Origin: Dictyostelium discoideum
Taxonomy: Eukaryota
DNA length: 64,000 nucleotides
Direction of reading: 5' to 3'
Assembly (NCBI GenBank): GCA_000004695.1
Contig: CM000155.2
Span: 640,001-704,000 of the forward strand
The translations under genes were made by a program, and so were the position numbers. Below are positions 53,935 through 64,000 of this stretch, piece by piece; position 1 is the first letter of the stretch; every line of letters begins with the position of its first letter. The notes under the pieces were generated by a model. The model did not search any database. It worked only from the letters and a program-made list of their open reading frames with translations, and was not told where the DNA came from.

Positions 53935-54660
53935 TTAAAAACTTGAAATTGGTTGATAATCACCTTTATTATAACCAAAATGAACTTGTTTACAGAAACA
54001 ACGAATTGAAATTAAAACTAAAATTAAAAGTAAAGATAATAAAGCAAATGAGAATAAAACAGAGATTGCAATTGCAGCACCAGGTGAATATCTTGGAATT
54101 GGTACAATCGAAACCTTTGAAGAGTTTGAAGTGGATACCCAACATGGGAATGTAGCATTTGTAATGTACGCATTGAAATCGTAAGCTTCTTCCCAATTAC
54201 CTTGAACATAAAGGGTATCGGTATTTGTAAAAGTTGAGTTTATATGATAATTGAATGTTACAGATGTATTATAGCATTGATAAGTTGATGAGGAGGTTGT
54301 CGTACATTCATTTGTAGGTTCAGTCGAGTTTTTATGAGCTAATGGTGTATCACCATTATCATATTCATAAGGGAATGTTCTACCATGGTCATAGAAATAG
54401 TAGGGAAATTCAACTTGATTGGTATATTCTGAACATGTTTCATTCGAACAGTATGCTGATATAGTTGGTTTCTCCACCAATGATGCACTAATCTTTAACC
54501 ATCCATCTTTATACTCTACTGATGGTACAAATATTGCTGCTGTTATAACAGCTCCAGCTATAAATGTTATTAAAAAAAATATAGTATTAATTCCAATACA
54601 ACAATTTGAACAACTATGTCTTTTATGATGATGATGATGATGATGATAATTATGTCCCAT
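53935..54660 (-). CDS. Hypothetical membrane glycoprotein: His7 run, N-terminal TM, Cys/Thr/Asn-rich ectodomain, C-terminal TM
   Basis: A 241 aa ORF with two hydrophobic helices (FFLITFIAGAVITAAIFV and AAIAISVLFSFALLSLLLILVLI) flanking a region with many N-x-T/S sites. No homology recognised. Confidence 0.5.
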   Translation of the reverse strand: MGHNYHHHHHHHKRHSCSNCCIGINTIFFLITFIAGAVITAAIFVPSVEYKDGWLKISASLVEKPTISAYCSNETCSEYTNQVEFPYYFYDHGRTFPYEYDNGDTPLAHKNSTEPTNECTTTSSSTYQCYNTSVTFNYHINSTFTNTDTLYVQGNWEEAYDFNAYITNATFPCWVSTSNSSKVSIVPIPRYSPGAAIAISVLFSFALLSLLLILVLISIRCFCKQVHFGYNKGDYQPISSF

Positions 54661-55137
54661 TATTTATTTAATTTTATATATATATTTAATTTTTATATAT
54701 TTTATAATTTATAAATATAATAATTAATTTTTTTTTTTTTTTTTTTTTATTTTTTTCTTTTTTTTTTTAAAACTATTAAATTATTTTTATTATTTTTATT
54801 TTTATTATTTTTATTTATTTATTTATTTATTTAAAAAAAACACAAATGAGTGGATATCGAAGCGAAAGGTATAAAAAAAAAAAAATTGAAACACCTCCTT
54901 TTATAAAAAAAAAAAAAAAAATAAAAAATAAAAAAACAAAAAAAAAAAAAATAAAAAAAAAAAAAAATTAAAAAAATTAAAAAAATAAAAAAAAAAAATC
55001 TTAAAATTTCGCATAATTGTGAAATGTTTGTTTAATGCTCACTGAGAAAAAATCTTTTCGATTTCCGACCTAAATTTTTATTTTTTATTTTTTATTTTTT
55101 TATTTTTTTTCTATTTTTAAATTTTTAAAATTTTAAA

Positions 55138-56312
55138 TTATTCCAAGATTGGAGAATCTAATAAACCAAAACCAGCAGCAACACCAACTTCATCAGAATT
55201 TGCAGTTTTTGTACGAAGTAAAATACCAGCTTGTTTATTTAAAACTATATCATCATCACCATTTGAAATGAAAACACTATAAATACCCAATTCATATAGA
55301 CCTTCAATCTCTAATAATTGACGATCACGAACTACATGGGTTTTGAATGATTTTGACATGATTTTATCCATCAAGATATAAGATGATAGTTCCTCAGAGG
55401 ACATTGATTTCAAAGCTATGGCAACTTGATCATTGTAAATATTATTACCACCACCCTCTCTTTGTGGCTTCATTACGTAGTTTTGAGGTGACTCTATTGC
55501 TTCCTTCACTACTGACATATCGATATCCTCTTTTGAAAGACTGTATAAACCTGTGAATGATCTCTTCACTCTTTGCAAGGATTCCTTGTCGTTATTGATG
55601 AATTTTTCAAGTACACCAGGTTGTGCTAAAACCTGTTGTATCTTTTTAACACCAACTAAATGATGTGCAATGGTTGGACATTTAATTGCCAACGATCTTT
55701 CAATCAATAGTCTTGCTTTCCATTCATCACCACCGCTACTCGTGTAATCGTTTGGTGTATAGCCAGCCCTATAATATGCGACTGATATCTCCATCCCATC
55801 AACGATTAACACAGATCCGTTCTCTTCATCCAATTTAGCACATTGATTGATCTCTTTCATTGTACGTCTAATTAATTTTATACTATGATTTGACCAAAGT
55901 TGAAATTCCAAACCTTTTTGATCATAAATATTTCTTTCACCCTCTTGAATGATCATCAACACCACTGAACTCTTCTCTTTATTATATAATTTATGTGCCA
56001 ATGCAATTGAATCACTAATCTCTTTATCTGATTGATTGGTTGGATGATTCAATAGGTCGTATCCATTATCATTAAGATCATTTCTACCAATTAAATATTT
56101 ATGTAAATTGAATACTCTATTTGATACAACTGCTAATGATGATGAAATTGTATTCAATTCAACTTGATAAATTCTTTCTTCTTCTCCTTCTATCTTATTA
56201 TGAAACATATAATCTGATCTAAATATACCTAATGATATCTTTTGTTTAATACCTTCTTTAACAACTTTTCTTTGAATATTTAATAACATTTGTGTAAAAT
56301 CATCAAATACAC

Positions 56313-56343
<31 letters not shown>

Positions 56344-56660
56344 ATAGATTAGTAAATAGATTATTTATTTATTTATTTATTTATTAATTATTAAATTTAT
56401 TACTCTTTTAAAGTATTTTGAAGGAAATCATAATCTTTACTAATATTATGAACTAATAAATTATAATCTTCTGCTAATTTACATGCTTCATTAAATAATT
56501 TTTTATTCATTTTTGATGGATATAATGAAAATGGTACATGAGTAACATTTACAACATTATTTTTTGCTTCTTCTTCTGTTGGTTTTTTAATCATAATTAA
56601 TCCATTTGCAAATGCCCAATCAATACCTTGTTCTTTTAAATCATTTAATTTTTCTTCCAT
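55138..56660 (-). CDS. gshB: Glutathione synthetase (eukaryotic GSS); exons 56660..56404 and 56311..55138
   Basis: Exon 1 MEEKLNDLKEQGIDWAFANGLIM...LQNTLK-D ends in a GA|GTAATA donor. A 92 bp (TAAA)n-rich intron ends in an ATTTAG acceptor. Exon 2 VFDDFTQMLLNIQRKVVKEGIKQKISLGIFRSDYMF...KPQREGGGNNIY...GVAAGFG carries the eukaryotic GSH synthetase signatures. ORF 56400..56756 begins earlier, at MLYKSK...KKKKKKKKEKKK, which reads through a poly-A tract; I take MEEK (56660) as the start. Confidence 0.85.
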
Positions 56661-57439
56661 TTTCTTTTTTTCTTTTTTTTTTTTTTTTTTTTTTTTATTT
56701 ATTTTGATACATAAATAATATACAAATAAATAGGGAATTTTACTTTTATATAACAAAAAAAAAAAAATAATAATAAAATTGGAAAAAAAAAAAAAAAAAA
56801 TGAAAAATATAAAAAAAAAAAAATGGAAATTAAAAAAATAAAAAAATAAAAAAATAAAAAATATTAAAAAAAAAAAAAAAAATCTGGAAGGGGGGATGCG
56901 TGAATTATATGTTCATCTTTTAAAGGATTTTGGGGATTATTTTAATTATTAAAATTAAACATTTTTTTTTTTTTTTTTTTTTTATAATTCAAATACAAAA
57001 TAAAATTATTTTTAATATTTCCAACTTAAAAAAAAGAAGAAAAAGATTTTATTTTTTTTTTTTTTTTTTTCAAAGCTTTATAAAAAATTTTTTCAAATAA
57101 AAAAAAAATTAATAATCTAGATTTTTTTTTTTTTTTTTAACATTGATGACGTTAATAGATTTAATTCTAGGGGTTTATTATCAAAAACTTTTATATAAAA
57201 TGAAATTTCTGAAGCTTCCTCAAAGTATTTTTTTTTTTCATATTTTCGAACTAAAAAAAAAAAACCTAAATATTTAGGCCATTTATAATTAATTTATTTT
57301 CCTTTTTTTTTTTTAGATTTTTTTATCTTTTTTTTTTTTTTTTTTGAATTAAAAATTATAATCAGTCCAAATTATAATAATAAAAATAATAGTAATAATA
57401 ATAACATTAATAATAAATTAATATTTTCAAAAATATAAA

Positions 57440-58900
57440 ATGGAGAAACTTAATGAACCACTCTTAGGAGGATCAGATCCAAAAAGACAACATCCATTAT
57501 TAAATTCTGCAATTCTCGGAGCTGCAATGTTTTTCATTTTATTATTAAATTATGTAAGTTTTTATTTATTTTATTTTTTTTTATTATTATTTCTTTTTTT
57601 TAAAAAAAAAAAAAACTAATTTTAATTTATTATGTTTTTATCTTTTTTATTTTTTTTTTTTTTTATTATTTCTTTTTTTAATAAAAAAAAAATTCAAAAT
57701 AATAATAATATCAATGATAATGTTTAAAAAAAAAAAAAAAAGTATAACCAATATTATATATCAAATATTCAAGCATTTTTTATAAATTCTCTTTCTTTTG
57801 TTGCTATATTAATATCATCTTTATTAATTACAAAACTCCGTGAAAAAATTTCAATTTTAATTTCAACTTTAATCCTTTTCTTTATATTTATAATTAATGT
57901 TAATTTACCCTCCATTTCAGTTATTTCATATATAATTCAACCATTTGCAAATAATTTATTATGGATTGCAGCAGGTACTTATATTATGACAATTTCAGAT
58001 AAATGCAACATTGGTCAAAACTTTGGTTTGGTAAATAATAATATTATTTAAATTTTTAAAAATTATTATTTTTATTATTAACACACACTTTTATTTTTAT
58101 TTTTTAAGTTTTTCTTTGTAACATCATTTTTAAATGGATTATTTTCAGTATCAACAACAAATTTTTATAATATTTCTCAATTCATTTATATTGTATTTAT
58201 GGCGATAGCAGTGGTTTTAATTTTATTATTAAAGAATCCATGTTGTGAACAAAATGAAAATATTACAGTTGCTGGATCTGATCCTCATTCATTTTTAAAT
58301 GCAATTGCATATCCAATGAGTCTTTGGTCCGATAAGAAATTTTTATATTTAGTCCCTGCCATTGCCCTTTTAGGAATTGTCTCTTTATTATTTCCAATTG
58401 GTTTGTTGGCCACAACATTAAATCCCTTTGCATACACTCAGAATGTAAGTGGAGCATTTTATTTCTTGGGTGCTGTAGCCTCACTTTTTTTTGGTTTCCT
58501 ATTCGACAGATTTGAAAAGAAATATTTATTATATGCAATTGCTACCTTTGGTGCAATTGGCGCAGCTTTGAATATCGGTTTTTCAAATACAACATGTTGT
58601 ACACAAGGTCAAGTAAATTTGGCTTATGCTTCCCTTATATTTAACACAATCGCTCAATATGGTCTTAAAGTTTTGGTTTTTTCACTTTTAGGTTCGATTT
58701 ATCTTGATTGTAGATCATTATCTGCAAATGTTTGCTACCAATTATTATCAACTTCTGCCTTTTTAATTGTTTATTTAATTTTCTATTATGTATCTTTTAC
58801 TGCATGTTTCTACATTTACTTTTTAATTTTAATCCTAGCATGTATTGGAATTTTCAAATTTTTATCTTCAAATGATGATCAAGAACAACTAATTGTTTAG
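57440..58900 (+). CDS. MFSD11/UNC93-like MFS membrane protein, tandem paralogue 1; exons 57440..57553, 57743..58030 and 58109..58900
   Basis: Exon 1 MEKLNEPLLGGSDPKRQHPLLNSAILGAAMFFILLLNY ends in a |GTAAGT donor. Exon 2 includes LWIAAGTYIMTISDKCNIGQNFGL (compare MFSD11 LWTAQGNCLTINSDEHSIGRNSGIF) and ends at |GTAAAT. Exon 3 FFFVTSFLNG... runs to the stop and has multiple TM helices. Confidence 0.75.
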
Positions 58901-58922
58901 ATTAAATATAAATTAAATAAAA

Positions 58923-58955
<33 letters not shown>

Positions 58956-59834
58956 ATCATATAAATATATATTTATTTATTTTTTAATTCAATCATTTTT
59001 TTCAAGAATCTTAAAAGTAAAAAAGATAATTATACAATCTTAATATTATAAAAAAAATAATGAAACTTCATTAAAAATAAATAATTAAACGAAATTTCAT
59101 TAAAAAGAAAATAAAAAAACGGAATTTCATTAAATAAATAATCAAACAAATAAATAAGTTTAAAAAACACTTAATTCCTTTATTTTATATTATTTTATTG
59201 AAGATTTTCAATATCACAGAATCAACAACCCTCACCAAATACAAACACAATAACCAGTAGAACAACTCAAACATCACTACAGGTATAAACACAAGAACAA
59301 CAAACATACCCAACAACACAATCAAAATAAAAAAAATAAAAAAAATAAAAAAAAAAAAAATTTTTGGAATAAAAAAAAATTAAAAAAAAAATGAAAAAAA
59401 AAAAAAAAAAAAAAAAAAAACCGAGAATTTTTTTTTTTCTTAAATTAACATATGTTTTATTTAATAGAAATTTTATCTTCCAAAAACAAATATTAAAATC
59501 TCTAATTCACTACTTTAAAAATTTCCAAGGGATTATACAAACCCATTTTCATTACCAAAAAAAAATAAAAAAATGAAAATAAAAAAAAACTTGTGATTTA
59601 AAGAATTTTTTCTATTTTTATTTATTTTCATTTTTTCGAGTAGAAATGTGAAATTACGGCTCTGGTGGGTTTGTCATCTTTTTTTTTTTTACTTTTAATT
59701 TTTATTTTCACCTTATTTTTTTTCTTTTTTTTTTTTTCTTATTTTTTTTTCTTAATTTTTTTTCAGCTAAAAATTATAATCAGTCCAATTTATAATAATA
59801 AATTAAATTATTTAATATTATCAAAAAATATATA

Positions 59835-61287
59835 ATGGAGAAACTTAATGAACCACTCTTAGGAGGATCAAATCCAAAGAGACAAAATCCATTTTTAAAT
59901 TCTGCAATTCTCGGAGCTGCAATGTTTTTCATTTTATTATTAGAATATGTAAGTTTTTCTTTTTTTTTTTTTTTTTTTTTTATATATTTCTTTTTTTTTT
60001 TTAAAAAAAAAAAAACTAATTTTTTTTTTTTTTGCATTTCTTTTTATTATAAAAATAATAATTATATCAATGATGATGTTAAAAAAAAAAAAAAAAAAGG
60101 TTAATAAATATTTTATAACAAATATTCAAGCATTTTTTATAAGTTCTCTTTCTTTTGTTGCTATATTAATGTCATCTTTATTAATTTCAAAACTCCGTGA
60201 AAAGATTTCAATTTTAATTTCAACTTTTATCTTTTTAATTGTATTTATATTTAATTTTAATTTCCCCTCAATTTCAATTATTTCATATATAATTCTACCA
60301 TTTGCAAGTAATTTATTATGGATTGCAGCAGGCACTTATATTATGACAATTTCAGATAAATGCAACATTGGTCAAAACTTTGGTTTGGTAAATAAATAAT
60401 AATATTATTTAAATATTTAATTTATTTAAATTTTTATTATTATAATTATTAAGACATCTTTTTTTTTAATTTTTTTATTTTAGTTTTTCTTTGTGCCATC
60501 ATTTTTAAATGGAATACTTTCAGTATCAAATTTAAATATTTATAATAATGATTCTAAAGTCTACCAATTAATTTATTTTTTATTTATGGTGATAGCAGTG
60601 GTTTTAATTTTATTATTAAAGAAATCATGTTGTGAACAAAATGAAAATATTACAGTCTCTGGAACCGATCCTCAATCGCTTTTTAATGCGATTGCATATC
60701 CAATGGGTATTTGGGCCGATAAGAAATTTTTATATTTAGCTCCTGCCATTGCCCTTTTAGGAATTGTCTCTACACTATTCCCATTTGGTTTCTTAACTAC
60801 AACAATTAGCGAATTTGATTTCTCTCAAATTATATTTGGAGGAATTAATTTCTTGGGTGCTGTAGTCTCACTTTTGTTTGGTTTCCTATTCGACAGATTT
60901 GAAAAGAAATATTTATTATATGCAATCGCTACCGTTGGTGTAATTGGTGCAGCTTTGAATATCGGTTATGCCCATACAACATGTTGTACACAGGGTCAAG
61001 TAAATTTGGCCTATGCTTCCCTTATATTTAACACAATCACTCAATATGGTCTTAAAGTTTTGGTTTTTTCACTTTTAGGTTCAATTTATCTTGATTGTAG
61101 ATCATTATCTGCAAATGTTTGCTACCAATTATTATCAACATTAGCCTTTTTAATTATTGATTTGTTTTTCTCTTATGTCTCTTCTGTCGCATGTTTCTAC
61201 ATTTACTTTTTAATTTTAATCCTAGCATGTATTGGAATTTTCAAATTTTTATCTTCAAATGATGATCAGGAACAACAATTAGTTTAG
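59835..61287 (+). CDS. MFSD11/UNC93-like MFS membrane protein, tandem paralogue 2; exons 59835..59948, 60100..60387 and 60484..61287
   Basis: Same three-exon structure, with introns at identical codons. It is about 85% identical to paralogue 1 at the protein level, including the near-identical C-terminal third (GFLFDRFEKKYLLYAIAT...ACIGIFKFLSSNDDQEQ). Confidence 0.75.
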
Positions 61288-61502
61288 ATAAACTATAAAT
61301 TAAAAAAAAATTAAATTATTTAAAAAAAAAAAAAAAAAAAACTTTGTTGATAATTTTTAAAAAAAGGTGTTTTGGTTTGATAAAAAAAAAAATTAATTTT
61401 TCACAAATTTATATATTATTTCTTTATTAAAATCATGTAATACTATTTTTTCAATAATCTTAAAAAAAAAATAAAAGATCATTTTGCAATCTTGAAAAGA
61501 AA

Positions 61503-61549
<47 letters not shown>

Positions 61550-61849
61550 TTAATTTTAAAGTCATATTATAATTATTTAATAATTAATTTTATTCTAGAA
61601 ACAAATTATTAAAAAATTAAAAGAAAGATTTTTAGACATTCAGTATTGGTAAATAAATTTTTAACTTGATTTAGGTCAGGTAAAAAAGTCATAAAATTAA
61701 AATATATGGGGTTTAGAAAAAAAGGTACAGTTTTTACCCCATTCAAATAATTATTAAAAATGAATAAGTTAACGTAAATGTAAAATGTTTGAATCTCATG
61801 AAAACAATCTTTTTTTATTTATGGTTATTTAATAAAATGAAGAGTTTTA

Positions 61850-61898
<49 letters not shown>

Positions 61899-61990
61899 GT
61901 ATAAAAAAAAAAATTATAATAAAATCATATATTCTTTTCATTACATAATATCTAAAATTTAAATAATTTTTAATTAATTGATTAAAAAAA

Positions 61991-62857
61991 ATGAAAGTAA
62001 TTACATATTTAATTTATTTTATTGCAAGTATTTTTTTAGTTGTTGTTGTTGGTGCAACAACAACCGCAACTACTACTCCTGCTACACCAAAAAATTCAAT
62101 ATCAGAATCTTACTTCGCCATAAGAACTGATGTAAGAAAGTGTTCAAGTTGCGGTGGTTTCTTTTTACGTGAAATTGGTTCATCAAATAAAACTGAAATT
62201 TATGTAAAATCATTGAATCAAGTATCTGAAACTGTCAAAGAATCACAATACAAATTTGCTCCAAATTTCAATGTAGTTGTAAAAGGTCAAATCACTAATG
62301 ACAATACCATAGTAGTTTCACAAATATTTAGACTTTTACCAAAGATCAATAGTACAATTAATATTGATTTAGAAATTGATAATTTCTATACAACAATTAA
62401 TCCAAATGGTAATGAAAATACTACAACAATTGAAATTAAAAAATTAAACTCAAATAAACCATCAATGAAAGTTAAATCAATTAAAAATAGTAATGATGAT
62501 ATATTTTTCATTCCAACTGATTGGTTATCATATAAAGTTAATTCTGCTCAATCAGTATATACAATTACTAAAAGTAAAAATTCAAAAACAACAACAACTA
62601 TTGATTACATGTTTATTAGTTTACCAGATCCAAAATTTTCTCCAAAAGTTTTAATTCCTGTTATTTGTAAAAATGAAACTGTTCCAACCTATACTAGTAG
62701 TGCTGCACGTTGTTTGATATTCTCTGGTTGTGTCCATCCAGGTCCATGCCCATTCATGATTCCAGTTTGTCCAGATGGTTATACAAAGAGTTCTTATCCA
62801 ATTAAACCAAATGCTTGTCCACACTACTCTTGTCTTCCTTCCTTTTTATCTCAATGA
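61991..62857 (+). CDS. Secreted Thr/Cys-rich protein (signal peptide, Cys-Pro-rich C-terminus)
   Basis: A 288 aa ORF with N-terminal MKVITYLIYFIASIFLVVVVGA, then a T-rich linker, then a Cys-rich tail (CLIFSGCVHPGPCPFMIPVCPDGY...CPHYSC). Confidence 0.5.
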   Translation: MKVITYLIYFIASIFLVVVVGATTTATTTPATPKNSISESYFAIRTDVRKCSSCGGFFLREIGSSNKTEIYVKSLNQVSETVKESQYKFAPNFNVVVKGQITNDNTIVVSQIFRLLPKINSTINIDLEIDNFYTTINPNGNENTTTIEIKKLNSNKPSMKVKSIKNSNDDIFFIPTDWLSYKVNSAQSVYTITKSKNSKTTTTIDYMFISLPDPKFSPKVLIPVICKNETVPTYTSSAARCLIFSGCVHPGPCPFMIPVCPDGYTKSSYPIKPNACPHYSCLPSFLSQ

Positions 62858-63145
62858 GAATTAAATTATTTCGTTTCTATTATTGAATAAATAGAAATAA
62901 AATAAAAATAAAAATAAAAATAAAATAATATATTTTAATTTTATTTTTCAAAAACTAATTTAAGAAACCTTTAATTTTTTTTTATTATTTATTTATAATT
63001 TTATAAATAATAATAAATAATTTCCCTTATATTTCTAGTCTTAATTCTAAACTTTCAAATTGTTTTTTAAATATGGAAATATTTTTTTTTTTTGCCAATT
63101 TCTTATCACTCTAAAAACATGTTTTAATAATAATAATTAATAAAA

Positions 63146-63430
63146 GGTTGTTCTGGAAGTAATAATACAGAATCATTCTCAACTCGTGAATGTAGAGATG
63201 GACTTGTTGCAACATGTGTAGAAGAAATGGATACTATTCCAACAAATACAATGGTTACAATTACAACAGATGGTAAATGTCAAGATGACCAAAATTGGAA
63301 GAATCATATTATAGTTTTAAATTATGTTGATATAGATGAGTGTCTATCAAATCATGGCAACACATACATATCCTATTCATGTAATTCCACCGAACCAGTT
63401 TATTATGTTTATGAAAATGAAAATTGTTAG
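63146..63430 (+). CDS. Cys-rich ORF fragment: possible extra exon, separate small gene, or pseudogene
   Basis: Open frame GCSGSNNTESFSTRECRDGLVATCVEE-MDTIPTN...CLSNHGNTYISYSCNSTEPVYYVYENENC follows an AAAAG at 63145. There is no in-frame ATG before M 63227. A further open frame (GGWTGYVYVDSKPCTLENPIFTYCQ) follows 1 nt out of phase, suggesting a frameshift. Confidence 0.25.
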   Translation, partial: GCSGSNNTESFSTRECRDGLVATCVEEMDTIPTNTMVTITTDGKCQDDQNWKNHIIVLNYVDIDECLSNHGNTYISYSCNSTEPVYYVYENENC

Positions 63431-63559
63431 GTGGATGGACAGGTTATGTTTATGTTGATTCAAAACCTTGTACACTTGAAAATCCAATATTCACATATTG
63501 TCAATAATATCAAAAAAAAAAAAAAAAATCTATAAATTTAAATATATAAATAAAAATTT

Positions 63560-63606
<47 letters not shown>

Positions 63607-63715
63607 TCATTACATTAAAAAACACATTCGGACAAATTAAAAAAAAAAAAACAAAAATAAAAAATAAAAAATAAAAAGTTGGTTTCCGAGCTTTTAAAAT
63701 ATACTTTCAAAAATA

Positions 63716-63761
<46 letters not shown>

Positions 63762-63801
63762 CGTGTTACTAAAACCAAAATAATATTATTATATTATTCA
63801 T

Positions 63802-64000
63802 TTAATATGTAAAAAAAAAAAATGAGGCTTCTGATAAACAGTTTTTGCAACTTTCTTTTAATATTAAATTTTGGGCAATAGGACAAACTTCTTTAATAAT
63901 CTTTGTAAATGAAATTATATTTTTATTTGGAATAGTTAAATAAATGTTGATTGGAGAATGTTGTGAGGGATAACCATATAAAACACCATCTTTATCAGCA
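63802..64000 (-). CDS. 3-prime end of an unidentified gene running off the window (partial)
   Basis: Open frame ...GYPSQHSPINIYLTIPNKNIISFTKIIKEVCPIAQNLILKESCKNCLSEAS ends with FFFFTY* read from a poly-T run, so the true end may lie in an intron. Confidence 0.3.
   Translation of the reverse strand, partial: ADKDGVLYGYPSQHSPINIYLTIPNKNIISFTKIIKEVCPIAQNLILKESCKNCLSEASFFFFTY

Noticed and set aside
53922-54628. ORFs 53922..54155, 53990..54196, 54024..54209 and 54419..54628
   Set aside because: They overlap the 53935..54660 membrane-protein ORF in other frames or strands and are shorter and low-complexity.
56661-56756. Upstream Met (MLYKSK...KKKKKKKKEKKK) of the glutathione synthetase ORF
   Set aside because: The extension is encoded by a poly-A tract and has no counterpart in GSS homologues. 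Conservation begins exactly at MEEKLNDL.
58263-60335. Minus-strand ORFs 58263..58538, 59780..60037 and 60126..60335, and plus-strand 59391..59576
   Set aside because: They are antisense or intronic within the MFSD11-like genes, or poly-K/poly-F homopolymer translation.

Overview
This 64 kb window looks like Dictyostelium discoideum nuclear DNA. It is about 78% A+T, intergenic regions are mostly homopolymer or AT microsatellite, introns are short AT-rich GTAAGT...AG types of about 80-190 bp, and many coding regions carry poly-N or poly-Q tracts. There are no prokaryotic features and no rRNA, tRNA or CRISPR that I can support. I could model about 25 protein-coding genes, several only after splicing together ORFs that the six-frame track lists separately.

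Recognised genes:
- GUF1/LepA mitochondrial translation GTPase
- A Roco (LRR-Roc-COR-kinase) giant protein that also carries RhoGAP, RGS and Kelch modules
- A 5-exon cytochrome P450
- An RWP-RK transcription-factor-like gene with a long polyQ tract
- A full-size ABCB transporter
- Cyclophilin PPIL3
- A Rab GTPase
- MND1, a meiotic recombination factor
- Cohesin SMC1
- Glutathione synthetase
- Two tandem MFSD11/UNC93-like transporters
- A DEF8/Rubicon-homology zinc-finger protein (5-prime partial)
- A pair of secreted paralogues 40 kb apart
- Several lineage-specific low-complexity proteins

The most unusual region is 33.6-41.3 kb. It is a decaying tandem array of a DUF2431/BMT5-like putative methyltransferase gene: one intact copy, two frameshifted copies and solo 5-prime fragments. 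Each unit drags along a non-coding motif family and ectopic copies of the 3-prime coding end of the neighbouring large gene. A Rab gene sits inside the array.

The assembly also contains a 100-N gap at 26800-26899. It is flanked by a (GTTTT)n repeat and by G-rich stretches that look like low-quality sequence.
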